Source: Octopus sinensis
Lineage: Eukaryota
DNA: 64,000 nt
Reading direction: 5' to 3'
NCBI RefSeq assembly: GCF_006345805.1
Contig: NC_043008.1
Coordinates: 61,256,001-61,320,000, forward strand
In this document: piece after piece, positions 23,831 through 38,539 of the stretch
How positions within the stretch are numbered: the first letter of the stretch is position 1
Layout of the letters: every line of letters begins with the position of its first letter
Translations under genes and position numbers: made by a program
The notes under the pieces: model-generated
Database searches by the model: none
What the model was told of the DNA's origin: nothing
Seen by the model: the letters and a program-made list of their open reading frames with translations, nothing else

Positions 23831-25498
23831 ACACAACAGCAAGGGCTGACCTTGTGGTGAATTGGTTGATATCACTGCCCTTTAAATTGCAGATTCTCAC
23901 ACACAAATGAAGGATCGATACGCGATGACGTTAAAGACATATGCCTAAAACAGTGGAGTCTAACTGAGGATCACAAACCGAAAATCTTGATCATTTTGTT
24001 AATATATTCTTGGTTTCTTTAATTACAATTTTGTCACTATATTTCTTTTGAAATAAACTGATTATTTCAGTTCATTTTGAAGATACGAAGAATAGGGCAA
24101 AATATGAATGGGACACGAATTAACAAGATATTTTGATATGAAAAATTATGGATCACTTTAAAACAGAATGTTTACATTATAGAATCAATGATAGTCTAAC
24201 ACAGGTTGGTATATACAGGGTTAAAGATAACACGGTGTAATGTGAAAGAAATTTTACTGCTATTTATACCAGGTTAATCGACCATACTCAGCATTTGGTG
24301 TTCAGTACAAACAGGAAATCAATATATCCATTATAGTTACAAATAGGCTTTTGAAATATATAACCACAAAGTAACATAGATTTTTTAAAAAATATACACC
24401 ATTTACATAAAAAATATTTTCTTTAACCATCGATCATAATTAATTGTACAGATCTATGATGGAATCGCTTTTCTGCACTTTAATATTCCTGCAAAATCTG
24501 ACCTAGATGCAATGTCTCAAATATTCTCTTCTATTTTGCCTGTTAAAGAAAAAAAATACTGTTATTTGTAGTAAATTCCCTTTCCATATTTGAAAGCCCT
24601 TTGGATGATTCTTTGTTTCTGTATTTCAGATAAAATTTAACCATTCGCAATTCATTAACATTAATATTGTGTTCTAGATGCTTTCATAACGGTTCTCTAT
24701 AAATAAATTTAAATACATTCTCCGAAGCTACACTTCCATTATCATGGTGTGTTTATACTCGAAAAGCATTGCGACTTATTGAAGCATCTTACAGAAAGGA
24801 AGATCCCGCTTAGTTTATTTTAAACAATCTTTTAAGTATTTTTTTTTTGCATTCCTCATTCATAAGTTTAACACATTTTCTCTCCTTAATATTTTGTGTA
24901 ATTGACACCAAACAAAAGGAAGTGTGTTGTCCCCTCTTGCCTTCTATTGATTGTCGTCGTCGTTGTCGTCATCACATTACCATCAACATCACCATTATAA
25001 TTGACATTTGGAGTTAATTACCGCTAAGTAGTAGCACTAGTATCAGTCCTGGAGATGTGTATGTTGTAGCTGTATTTATAACGGCTCACAGAAACGCAAT
25101 TAAAATTTAATCAAGCCGTTGGATTGATTAGCTCATTATTCAGTATAACATATAACATTTTAATGTCAGTTCAAGTCGGAATAAACTCACAGACGCACAC
25201 TGACACTCACATGCACGTATACCTACACATACACACACATATATTATACATATACGTATTATATATATACTTATATATATATATATATACACACACATAT
25301 ATATATATATTATACATATATGTTATAAAAAATATAACGTAAATATACATATACATAATACATATATATTGTATACACTATATATATATGTGTGTGTGTA
25401 TGTATGTGTGTATATATATATATATATATACATATATACATATATATATATATACACACACACACATATATATATATACACCTATATACACTTATATT

Positions 25499-25709
25499 CT
25501 TTCCTACCCTAGCCACAAGGCTGGACATTTTGGGGGAGAGGCAAGTCGATTAGATCGACCCCAGTATATAAGTCCTACTTAATTTATCGACCTAAAAGGA
25601 TGAAAGGCAAAGTGGACCTCGGACGAGTCTGAACTCAGAACGTAAAGACAGATGAAATGCTGCTAAGCATTTCGCCAGCATGCTAAAGTTTCTGCCAGCT
25701 CGCCGCCTT
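25499..25709 (-). mobile_element. SINE-A (A2 tail)
   Basis: Same body, ending ctgccagctcgccgcctt on the plus strand. Confidence 0.85.
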
Positions 25710-26259
25710 ATATATACATATATATACATATGCATACACACAAACACGCACGCACACACACATATTCACACGCACATATGTATGTATTGTCGTATTATCT
25801 ATATTGTTTATGGAACTCATCAAAGAAAAGTAACAACAATATTTTATCTTGAACATCTTTTATTGGATACTCCGAGCTATTTTTGTTTATGAGTCCTGTT
25901 ACTCTGCAACAATCAGATCCTAAGATCCAGTCTTTAGGTGATACATCCGCCACAAAACTATTACATTACGCCATAAACAAGCCGAAGATGTAATAACATC
26001 TCACATTATCTCTTAATGAATAGAAGCTAGCCTAGTGATATGTTGCTGTCCTACAGCGTATAATGTTTAAATCTGTGGAAACATTATAATTGCTATAGAA
26101 CTGACAAGCATTTCATTGACTTTTAGAGCTAAGTTCAAACACTTCAATGGATATTATTACTTGGGAATGAATGGAATGGCTTTCTTTACATAAATTTCTA
26201 CATAACAACGTCTTGTGTAACCTGAAACGGTCTGATCCGTCATACGACAGAAGATTTGT

Positions 26260-26474
26260 GTATACACACACACACATACACACACATACACACATACACA
26301 AAAATACACGTACACACACATACACACATATACACACATATACACTCATACGTTCACATACACAGACACACACAGAGATATATTTATATATATTTGTACA
26401 CACTTATCTATGCATATATAGACATATGTGTACACAAGCACACACTTACACATACACACGTGCATACAATGACG

Positions 26475-26507
<33 letters not shown>

Positions 26508-26527
26508 TATACATATATATATACATG

Positions 26528-26583
<56 letters not shown>

Positions 26584-26633
26584 TATATACATGCATACAT
26601 ACATATATATATATATATATGTATGTATGCATG

Positions 26634-26664
<31 letters not shown>

Positions 26665-26719
26665 TATATATATATATATATATTATATATATATATATAT
26701 CTATATATATATATATATA

Positions 26720-26762
<43 letters not shown>
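26260..26762. repeat. Representative long (CA)n/(TA)n compound microsatellite. Dozens of similar (TA)n, (CA)n, (TATG)n and (TATC)n tracts occur across the window (e.g. 900-1100, 17925-18060, 33085-33190, 44313-44410, 49040-49190).
   Basis: Read directly. Confidence 0.95.
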
Positions 26763-26765
<3 letters not shown>

Positions 26766-27740
26766 TTGTACATATATATGAATAAGCGTGCCTTTGTGAC
26801 TGTACGTCTGTGCATATGCACAAGCTTGTTAAGTCGAATGTTTAAAAAGGTCGTTTCGGAAAAACAGGGTTAATGATGCAATTTAGTCACGAGGAATTTT
26901 TGTCAATTATCCTTTTCCAAGTCTTGTGCAAAGGTCATAGGTTTTGAGTGAAAGTGGAGAAATGGTAACTGTATGGAAGCTTTATATGTGTATTATACCT
27001 GTATTTCAAAATGTTTTTGTTTTGACACGCGCTTTAACTCCGATTCTGGTTGCGAACTAGGTTTCGTGTACAAGAGTCTGTCTGTGGAATACTCCACCAG
27101 ATGTAAGAAAATTCGTTTAGTCTGTTTGAAAATTCGTCGCATAATTGAAAATTCATGGTCGTAGAACCATACTAATGTTCAATTTGTTTTACGGAAGACG
27201 CAGAAAAAAGCCTTTTCACTAACATACCCGATTAAGAAAATTAAGCGTTTTCCTAAAGCCTTTCATTGAATGAGAACGGTTTTGGATATATTTATTGAGA
27301 TCGTTACTCTATTGAAACGTAATCATTTCATACACTGATGCAACATACTACTTTCCGCTATAGGAGTGCTTTCTGTCAGAAAATTTATACTCTACACTGG
27401 TTTTCTCTTACAGTGCTACGATTATTCTACTGTCGAATGAACACACGGCTGGATGATACGTTTAATTTTTCAGACGAAGTCATGATAAATAAATAAAAAG
27501 TACATAAATATTTGTGAGAATTGTGTGTTTGATTGAATCTATACAAGTGATTACTTCATAGATCGTAGAAAATGATGGGTAAAGATTGATTCGGTGAGAT
27601 TTGGACTACGAACATAAAATGATTTAGCGAAACATTGAAAGAGGTTTTGCCTTTCACTCTAAGAATTCTGCTTGTTGCCCCGTCTAATATGGAAGACCGC
27701 ATCTCCGTGTTTATAAGTTCTTCTTTTTTTTTCTCTGTAA

Positions 27741-28120
27741 GCACTCCGTCGGTTACGACGACGAGGGTTCCGGTTGATCCGAATCAACGGAACAGCCTAC
27801 TCGTGAAATTAACGTGTAAGTGGCTGAGCACTCCACAGATACTTGTACGCTTAACGCAGTTCTCGGGGATATTCAGCGTGACACAGAGAGTGACAATGCC
27901 GGCCCTTTGAAATACAGGTACAACAGAAACAGGAAGTAAGAGTGAGAGAAAGTTGTGGTGAAAGAGTACAGCAGGGATCACCACCATCCCTGCCGGAGCC
28001 TCGTGGAGCTTTTAGGTGTTTTCGCTCAATAAACACTTACAACGTCCGGTCTGGGAATCGAAACCGCGATCCTACGACCGCGAGTCCGCTGCCCTAACCA
28101 CTGGGCCATTGCACCTCCAC
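27741..28120 (-). mobile_element. SINE family C, full length
   Basis: Reverse complement of the 6001 copy with an intact head. Confidence 0.9.
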
Positions 28121-30344
28121 AGTGTTTCTAAGTACTACAATTACAATATTAGTAATACAGAAATACACGTCATTAATACATTCAAACATTATCTTCTGAA
28201 AATATTTCTAAATTATTGGCATCAAACGTCGTTGTTTTATAAGATGGAAATTCTTCCTGTAGTACATAAAAAAAAGATGGGCTCGGAGCATAATATGCAT
28301 TACATATAGCTTACAACTGGTGTGTTAGTTTCAAACAGGGTTAACTTAGGACTCAATCCAAATCAACTACTTTCAGGTAATATAAAATGGCTACCTCACA
28401 TTCTTCTAATTATACGTGTTATTGTTACTTATCTGTTTATATAATAACTGTTAATTTCCTCCTTGTTCTTATTGCACTGTTACACGCTGCCAAATAGTTC
28501 GTATCCTTACTTAGTACACAGCGAAATCAAGATCAGGCAGACGCAATAATATCATTGGAATTCTGGCTACTCAATTATCTGGTGGAGGAGTGGTAACTAT
28601 GACTACGTTATGTAATGTGAGCTGTCGGTGTTTTTACGATAAACTTGTGTGTCACAGATATGTCTTTCTTATTTCCTTAGTCCAAACACTTAAAATTTCT
28701 GCTGCCTACACTTGCAGGAAAAAAAAACAACAACAAATTATTCATGATATTCGTTTGAATTTCTGTGGGTTGAGCAAATAATATAAGATTACTTTGTGAG
28801 TATAGTATTTGTTTATATTAAACAAAAAAGAAAACAGCCATTTCATAACATAATCAGTTTATATCACGTTGGCATCTTACTTTTACTCCTCTGCTAAATA
28901 AACCGAATTTGTTCTGCAAATATTCTTTGTAGACATACACTAAAGGTATCGTATTTACTTTCTTGGAGTTTGTTCTTGCAGATCTCTACAGGATGGAAAC
29001 TGATATATGTATTTAATTCCTGGAATAAAGTTAATAATAACTTGAAGTTATATTTTATCTCTATTAATCTGGTCATCGAATTTCAGAAATGGATCTTAAT
29101 TTTGTTTTTAAAAATATTTTAAAAAATCCAAACATTCATGTTTAAATCACCATGTAAAATTATTCAGATAATTATATCCAAGACGTGCATGATTTAACGT
29201 TCAAATGTGTTATTAGTGGGCTTGCAAAAAACTTTTCATTTGCATATATCCCACCTCCAATCGCATAATCACTGACGAATCTGTTATTTGATTGATTAAT
29301 GACATCCATAACATAATTACACATATACGACTGATAGAGTTAATGTTCAGACATATGATTGAATGGTGATGTCATATTGATGGAAATAGATCACTTAGTT
29401 GAGTTTGTTTACAAGCCGTCGAACACAATTTATTGAGTTTTCAATACAACGTGGGAAGCGAAATGCGGAAATCTAGCTTGCCTGAAGCAGTAGTCAAGTG
29501 TAACATACTCCATAATCTAGCATTAGAAAAGAGAAATACGAAAAATATATTGCAAAATAGAATCCTACATAAATTAATAACAGAAATGATTGGATCTTCG
29601 TTGTTGAAGGAAGAGTATTTGATTAGGCATGGAAACAGTGGGGAGTGACTGACCAAGAACTAAACAAAGAAAACAAATGCCATGTTACCATCATTGTGGT
29701 TATTATATTTTCTTAGAAAATGACACAATATTCTTTAACAATTTGTCATTTTTAATCGTTTGACATTTGAATGGACATTTCTCGAGATTTTTCATTGAAA
29801 GATGGCAGTGTGTTTTTCAATTCAGAAAGAAACGAGAATAGAATTCTGAACTCCGCAAATGAATACATAAAATGAATACATACACACATACACACTCACA
29901 GATACACAGTGTGGCACATGTATATGCAAACATTAACATTGTGACACATGCGAATAAAGTACAACACATATACACAACCACTGACACGCATGCATACACA
30001 GAGGCGCGTGTACACGCAATTACACTTCTAGCAGAGTTATTAGAAAACGTCGGAAAAATTGCATCGTAACATTTGTAATGTGTTCTTTTGCGCTGCAAGT
30101 TCATATATGGCTGACACCAACTTTTGCTATTCATCTGTTTGAAGTAGTGAAGATGTACTTGTCGAAGACAATGCATTGTCGAGGCTTTGAGAACGTCTAA
30201 CTGGATGTCACATGGTATTTTTCCTGCTCATTTGAATGTTCCAAACATGGGCCCTTGCTATATGTCCCCTTTCCCAATCTCAATACAAGATTCAAAAATT
30301 CTGGAAGTCGTTATGGGCTCTGCATTCCTTCGTGATGAATACAC

Positions 30345-30397
<53 letters not shown>

Positions 30398-30399
30398 AT

Positions 30400-30683
30400 C
30401 ACGTGATCACGTGATGTTGTTACACATCGCTGGTCACAATGCGTTCGCATTGTTTTAGCCTTCGAATAACTCCACCCCGCTGGTTAAGCGAGCAGGGCAA
30501 CAGAAGAAAGAGTGGGAGAAAGATTGGTGAAAGAGTACAGCAGGGATCACCACCCCCTGGAGCGTCGTGGAGCTTTTAGGTGTTTTCGCTCAATAAACAC
30601 ACACAACGCCCGGTCAGGGAATCGAAACCGCGATCCTGCGACCGCGAGTCCGCTGCCCTAACCACTAGGCCATTGCGCCTCAC
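30400..30683 (-). mobile_element. SINE-C head and body with a different 3' tail
   Basis: Head and gatcaccacc body are shared with family C. The tail (cacgtgatcacgtg...cgctggtcacaatgcg) is not. Confidence 0.75.
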
Positions 30684-30694
30684 ACACACACGCG

Positions 30695-30805
<111 letters not shown>

Positions 30806-30811
30806 AATATG

Positions 30812-31058
30812 GTGGAGGCGCATGGCTTTGTGGTTAGGGTGTCAGCACCATGATCGTAATATTGTGGTTTCGAATCCTGGAACGGGTGACGCATTGTATT
30901 CTTGAGCAAAACACTTCATTTCACGTTGCTCCAGTCCACTCAGCTGGCAAAAATCAGTAACGCTGCGATGGACTGGCGTCCCGTCCAGCTGGGGAACACA
31001 TACACCATTGAAACCGGGAAACCGGGCCCATGAAACTGGCTAGGCTTTAAAAGGGCGC
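30812..31058 (+). mobile_element. SINE family D variant with V-domain-like segment
   Basis: tRNA-like head, ttcttgagcaaaacacttcatttcacgttgctccag body, then gcgatggactggcgtcccgtccag. Confidence 0.75.
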
Positions 31059-32292
31059 ATTTATATATATATATATATATGAGTTTGGCTGCTCTTTCTA
31101 GTGAGTCGAATGACCTATTAGGGCCATTCCTTATATTGTTGAATATATATATATACATGATGGACTCTTCTGTCGGTTTTCACAGTGTGAAGATATAAAG
31201 ATCATACGACTTACACTTTCTTTGCCAGTTATAATTTTTATGTCGAATGTGACATTGACTCCCGCCGACGAATTGCTAAGAATCCCATATATGCTGCAGG
31301 TTTGAAGATTAAGGGTCAGTGCAGGTGGTATATTTGCAGCTGTTTCCTCATTGGCCTTGCGCCCCAATTTCCATTTTGTTCGCTTCGAAGATATTTGTTC
31401 AATGGTTACTCTTCAGCCTATCCTTATATCTGAGCCATGGTAGACAAGCATTACTGTACCCACTATCAAAAACTTCACGTGGTGTATATTTGGATAAAAA
31501 CAAGGATTTTTAATGCTACAGGTCCGATAAATGATAGAAGGATTAGTAGGACTAGAGCTAGTTGAGATGATGCATTTTGCTCCAGAAACCAGAGCACCAC
31601 ACAATCCAGGAATCGAAGTCACGATTACAATGCGCGTACGGATGAGTGCGCATATAGACCCTATTTACGTTATGTTTCAACAGATAATAAACTGAACTTT
31701 TACCGTTTTCTCGTGTGAATCCCAGGAGGCTGAATTGCATATAAACGTATCCAGTGTCTGTACGTACATGTTCTCTAATGTCGAGAAAGTATATTTATAA
31801 TTAAAGAAGCTGGAAAGTGTATAATGCAACCAATTGATTTTTCAGGGTTCGTCTGCCATAACATTGTAAATGAAAGCAAAAATCAATCAGTGCTCCTTAT
31901 GTGTTCCTGATTATGTGCGTGAGTTGCTATTGTATATATGTGTCCGCGTGAATATATAAAACAACATAAATGAAAAAAACATGAACTGTTATTGTTCAGT
32001 GTGATGTTTTAATGGAAATCCCTTCTGATTTATTATCTTTAACCTGATCTATGATTCATCTCGTCCACTGAGATGTAACTAGCGTTAGCCAGTGTGTACG
32101 TGTCATGAGCACACACACATAGATACACACACACAATACATGCAGCCAGGCAAACACATAGAAAAATACATGCACAGTGATATGCATATGAGCCTATGTG
32201 CAGCGAAGTGGACGTTATATATATATAAGTGTGTGTGCGTGTATGCGTGCGCGCGTGCGTGCATGTGTATGTTTATATATATATATATAAAC

Positions 32293-32580
32293 GGATGGCC
32301 TAGTGCTTAGGGCGTTGCACTCACGATTGCAATATCGTCGGTTCGATTCCCAGACTGGGCGTTGCATTGTGATCTCGAGGAAAACACTTCATTTCACGTT
32401 GCTCAGTGGTCATTTCAACGTCTGACATATGGCATTTGTTGCACCTATGCAGGTAATGTCCATCTGATAGAGGGTGTGTGGTAATGCATGCAGAAACATT
32501 TGCTCACTATAAACAATTTATCGGTGTGTTTGCTCAGTAAGAAATTTTCAAAACCTCATACGTCGTGTTACGATGGAAGA
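32293..32580 (+). mobile_element. Diverged family D-related SINE
   Basis: tggcctagtgcttag...ggttcgattccc...acacttcatttcacgttgctc. Confidence 0.65.
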
Positions 32581-32586
32581 TTCCAT

Positions 32587-32635
<49 letters not shown>

Positions 32636-32703
32636 GCATATATATATACATATATATATATACATATATGCATATATATATATAATATATACCTACGTAC
32701 ATT

Positions 32704-33085
32704 TATATATATATATATAAAGCTGAAGTTGTCTGTGTGTGGCAGGTTTGGTAGGCTTCAACTAACACTATCTCCTCCGAGACCCTGCGGCGCAAGTTGA
32801 TCAAAATTGAGAGTATGATAGAAGAAGGCTTGTTCTTTATTCCGTAGAAGAAAGAATTCAAATCGGATCATGTTAAGACCAAAAAGCTGGGGTTTTTCTA
32901 TGAAAATCCCTATTTTTTTACAATTTTTTGACTGATGTATCGCCATTTTTCCGTGTATTTCAACCAGAAAAATGTTCACTTAAAGAGAATAACAAGTACA
33001 TAATGCAAAACTTTTACTTTTCAAAATTCCAATTCTAAGCGTCGAACAGAAAACAACCCGAGCAACGCCGTGCAATACTGCTGGT
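32704..33085 (+). mobile_element. Probable non-autonomous Helitron-type element
   Basis: Starts tatatatataaagctgaagttgtctgtgtgt and ends acccgagcaacgccgtgcaatactg-CTGG-t: an imperfect GC hairpin a few nt before a CTRR end, followed by T. No ORF. Confidence 0.5.
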
Positions 33086-33127
33086 ATATATATATACATA
33101 AATATATATATATATAATATATAATAT

Positions 33128-33183
<56 letters not shown>

Positions 33184-33249
33184 ATATATATTACGGAGAT
33201 GTACTCGCATAGCAAGTGATTTGATCTGAGATTGTGTGCTGAAACGAAA

Positions 33250-33514
<265 letters not shown>

Positions 33515-35169
33515 TGCAAATGTAAATGTATATATGCGTATATCTATCTATCCATCCATACACACGCATATATATGTATGTATAGACAGGCACATGGATG
33601 AACAGACATACAGACAGTCAGACACACAGACAAACAGATACATACATACATACATAGATAATAGATAGGCAGACAGGTATAGGTTTACATGAAAACGCAT
33701 TTTCCTTGGGACGTACGGTACTAGATTAAAGCTGGTGTGTATCTTAGTATACGTGAGCGCGAACGACAGAGTTTAATATATATTTGAACTATGACTTTTG
33801 ATATTGATATTTGAAATACCATTATTTCACCTCTTTGTTTTACTTGAATAAATAATTTCCATGACGTTTGTTCCATAACTTTCAGAACTTCATTTTCATA
33901 TTAAACGTTATAATGGCGCGTAGATTGCATATTCATCATTCACACGCAAAAATGTATTTAAAACTGGAAAGCAACAAATCATGGTCTTATTATGATGTAC
34001 TTTATATTTTTACATGTGGTTTGTCAGTGTTCTTAAATTATATTTTTACATATGTCTGTGTTCTTAAATTTATGGAATCCATTTCGTTATTATTTAAGTC
34101 TCCATACATTTTCCTCGCATTTTCGACTTGCAAATTCCCTTTACAACAAGAAGCCTTTACAAATCTTTATAATGCAGACAATAAAATTCGATAAAAAAAT
34201 ACGGAACTGCACAACAATGGTGGAGAATATCCATGCAAGCTCATGTGGTTATGATAAATTATCTTCCATTAGACGTCTTCAATATCAATCATGGAACAAT
34301 GGCCAAAAATAGAATACGTACTGGTTAAAATCAAAAATTGAAGTATTTAACAAATACAGACTTCCGAAACAATTGACACTTCAGGAATTGAAAGCTTTTA
34401 CGACGTACTAAACGCTAGCGATAGACGAGTGCAAATGCAAGAAAATAAACAAGAATACTGTAAATTATTGTTTTTAGTACCTGTCTGAATAATATCTATG
34501 TACATCAGATATATAATTAATTTTATCTGAAACTTTTAAAGACAGCTGAATTTAATGAATTTGGTTTGTGCTTAATTTGGTTCATATTATAATTAACTTA
34601 ATACTACTTCTATACACCGGAATTCTAATTCACAATGTTCCTTGAGATTTCAAACTGTTCTGTATTTTTATATCAGGTGAATGCATCAGTAAGAAGAGAG
34701 TTTTGGAAGTCGGTTTTGTAGCATGAGATGAAATAAATACTCACCTTTTTCCCTATTAGATTCCTGTTGCGAGGTTTATTTGAAAGAGCCAAAACAGATC
34801 ATGTTCAGAGTACAAATGAATAATTATTGATGTTCACGCTTGAATAAGAAGAGCGATATGTTAAGTAAACATATTATGAATAATTTAAAATACTAAGTGA
34901 TATTCAGAATATTGATATTCGATATGATACATCAAATATGAGAAAATTGCTTATAGAAGCATGATTATAAGGAATTAGTTTAGGCAGATAATACATGAAA
35001 TATAATAAAAAAATTCAGTAAAACTCTCCAAAGAATTTTTATAGGGTAAAGCATTAGACATTACATTAATACGTATTAAACTATTTGTCAAATTTAAAAC
35101 TCTGTTGAGATCAAATTCACATCAAATTCTAATTTGATGATCAGATTCTAATTTGATGGTATTAATTGT

Positions 35170-35385
35170 AAATGAAACGAAGACAGCGGGCTGGCAGAAT
35201 AGTTAGCACGCCAGGCAAAATCCTTTGCGGTATTTCCACTGTCCTTACGTTCTGAATTCAAATTCCACCGAGGTTGATTTTGCCTTTCATCAATGAAATA
35301 AGTCGATGAAATAAGTACCAGTTGAGTAGTGGGGGCGGTGTAATCAGCTAGTTTCCTCTCCCAAGTTACAAGTCTTGTGACTGTA
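35170..35385 (+). mobile_element. Old diverged SINE-A
   Basis: gggctggcagaatagttagcacgcc...gaattcaaattccaccgaggttgattttgcctttcatc. Confidence 0.7.
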
Positions 35386-35423
35386 GTAGAATTGATTACT
35401 AGTAAATGAAACATATTTTAACT

Positions 35424-35663
35424 CAGTGGTTCTCAAATTAAGCGGTATTACCCCTTCCTAAGAGCGGTAGAAGGTTCCAAGCGGGCGTTGAATATGGCAC
35501 TATTTTTTTCAATTCAGTAACCTATTATCGCCCGAAGTGGGGCGATAATAGGTTAGCGGTTTAGAAAGAGGTCTATGTTTGTGATGGTTTGTTGCGGTGT
35601 GGCGGTAGGAATGTGGCCTGGGTGTCAAGGGAGCGGCAGCCTGAAAAAACTTGGGAACCACTG
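35424..35663. mobile_element. hAT (Charlie-type) MITE
   Basis: TIRs cagtggttctcaa / ttgggaaccactg (1 mismatch in 13). The 8-nt flanks ttttaact / ttttattt match at 6 of 8. Internal perfect 15-bp hairpin at 35519-35554. Confidence 0.85.
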
Positions 35664-36150
35664 TTTTATTTCCTAACAAAATATCCGTTCGTCGTAAAAC
35701 CAAATTAATCTATTGAAGATGTATCTCTTTACTTGATGGAAAGAAATTTGACCCGACTAAGAAAGTTTCTCTTTGTGTCGATTTGTGACTGTGTGTTTTA
35801 TTAATTGTCAGATTTTGCAAAGTTATATTTTTTTTTACTTTTTCAATAAAATAAATTTTAATTGAACAGTGGATTTGAAAACTTATTATGCATAAGCAGG
35901 GGACACATGCTGGATTGCCTCGTACTTATATGTTTAATCTAGGCGCACCTGTTGATGAAGACTTCGCCTAGCAAATTATTTTCTTTGATCAAAACGTCAG
36001 AAACCATGGTCCAGGAGATAGATGGTAAATGTTTCCATTTTTTATTCCCTTCGAAGTTTTTCCCTCATAGTGTTTTGGATTTTGGCTGTTCCTTCTAGCG
36101 TGCCAGAAATATTGTGACGGATACCGCTTATGTGCTTAAATGTACACTAT

Positions 36151-36185
<35 letters not shown>

Positions 36186-36614
36186 ATCAAGATACCTTTG
36201 GCCTTAACAGTAGCCTGCGGTACACATCTCACTTGGATATTTTTCACTGCCGAGGTTTCACTCGCTATGAAATATATATAGTCGAGGTTTTATCTACTCT
36301 ATTCTTTAAATCTTGAATTTTAATTCGCATACCTGGCAACCCCGGTTGCGAACCGTCAATTAATAAATACATTTTTTTTCAGCTCATCGTACTTCGATAC
36401 GCGAAGAATTCACAACCAACCGCATCAATAAGCGGTTCCTCAAATTTGTTTTTTGATAAATTCTACGGATTGCTTAAAGCTAACTTCCTTCCTACAGCTC
36501 GATCTTTGGATCTTACCATTACCCATCTATCTATATTTTATATATGTATATATATGTGTGTGTGCATATATATATATATATATATCATGTCTCTCTCTAT
36601 CTCTATCTCTCTCG

Positions 36615-36698
<84 letters not shown>

Positions 36699-36791
36699 TA
36701 TGTAGGTAGGTATCATTCTATCACACACGACCTTGACGTGCATGGCATTAAGATATATGTTGTGGGGATTTATCGCATCGTTTCATAATAG

Positions 36792-36830
36792 AAAGTGAAA
36801 ATAACGCAAGCAACATCATTTTACATGCAG
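36792..36830 (+). other. Candidate 39-nt exon
   Basis: tttcataatag|AAAGTG...ATGCAG|gtaagt. Consensus donor, length divisible by 3, two open frames (KVKITQATSFYMQ). No recognised homology. Confidence 0.2.
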
Positions 36831-37628
36831 GTAAGTATGAGATATATTGTTTGGATGATCACTGATTCAACATAAATAGTTTTTTCCTGTTTATATTTGA
36901 TTAGCAATGGGTTAATATAATAGTCTAACCGTTAAACAGATCGCCGTATTTGAAGCATATCTATCGCATAATATATATCGTTCGTGGTTTTTAAAGGGTA
37001 AAAGACTAAATCCAAGAAGACAATTCTTCGGGATTGATATATTTCTGAGAGAAATTGATACATAATGTCTTTTCAACTGACTGACAAATGAAAGAAGAAA
37101 TATCTTCTGACCTTTTCAACTGTCTGCCAATGTTACTATCATGTTGCCTATTTTCAGGATATATATATATATATGTGTGTGTGTGTGTATATAATATATA
37201 ATATATATATATATAATATATAATATATTATATACATATATGCATATATCTATATATCTATATATATATCCATATATATATATATATATATAATATATAT
37301 ATATATATATCCTGCAAATATCTAAACGTACAAAAAATCTACATATGTGCGTACAAAAATATGAATATCGATATATAAATATAAATGAATACACGTATAC
37401 ATACATATATATATATATGTATATATATATAGATATATAATATATATATATATATATATGTTGTCTATATATATATGATATACATATATATAATATATAT
37501 ATATATATCTATATATTATCCATATATCCTGCAAATATCTAAACGCACAAAAAAATCTACATACTTATGTGCGTACAAAAATATAAATATAAATAAATAC
37601 ACGGATACATACATATAATATATATATA

Positions 37629-37672
<44 letters not shown>

Positions 37673-38489
37673 TGATGGTTGTTGCCAACTTAACGTGGCA
37701 GTCCCAAGAAAGGGAAGATTTCTACTGCTATTTAGCCCCAAGAAACACTGTTTCTAGTTGGCTACGTGACACAAGCGCTCTGTGTCCTCGAGTTTTCAAA
37801 CAGGGGAGATAAGCACCTCCACCCAACAAAGCTATCATACTCCGAGTTGTAGTATATAAACCGTTAGAATTTCAGTAGATACGTGAGGTGAAAATATTTA
37901 ACTATTTCTCATTCTCAGCATTACAGTCATTTGCATCATTCAAAATAATAGTTATTATTCCCATGTGTGCACTAGTATGCATGCTAGACATTATAAAATA
38001 ATTCGATATTCGTACTAATTTGTACGTATGCAAATATATTGTATAATGCATAACATGCACGTAATAATTTCATAGACACTGAAATTATTATTACATGTGG
38101 TGTCTGCGAATCGCCTGTTATACATAGCAAAACAAGTGTTAAATAACCTATCACCAGTATATTTGACGTGCAGAAACCTTCATTTAACTACCAAAAACTC
38201 CAGATAAATATACACATAACTGAAAGCAGGCTGGAGAAAAAGTATAAAAAAGACCTCAGGTCTCGGCATTTCAAGCATGCTTGAGTTAGGTCGTTTTTGC
38301 CCTTTTTCCCTTATTAAAAAATATATATGTATATTATTATTGATTTAACGTATAAATTACGTATAAATTTTGATAGCATGCTGACTACCTGATACAAATC
38401 ATTAACGTGTTTTAATCATTCTAGTTTATATATATATATATAAATATATATGTATATATGTATTCATATATATATATTAAATATATATG

Positions 38490-38539
<50 letters not shown>

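Noticed and set aside
29433-29648. CNILHNLAL resembling a Harbinger transposase motif
   Set aside because: A single short motif with no DDE residues or TIRs.
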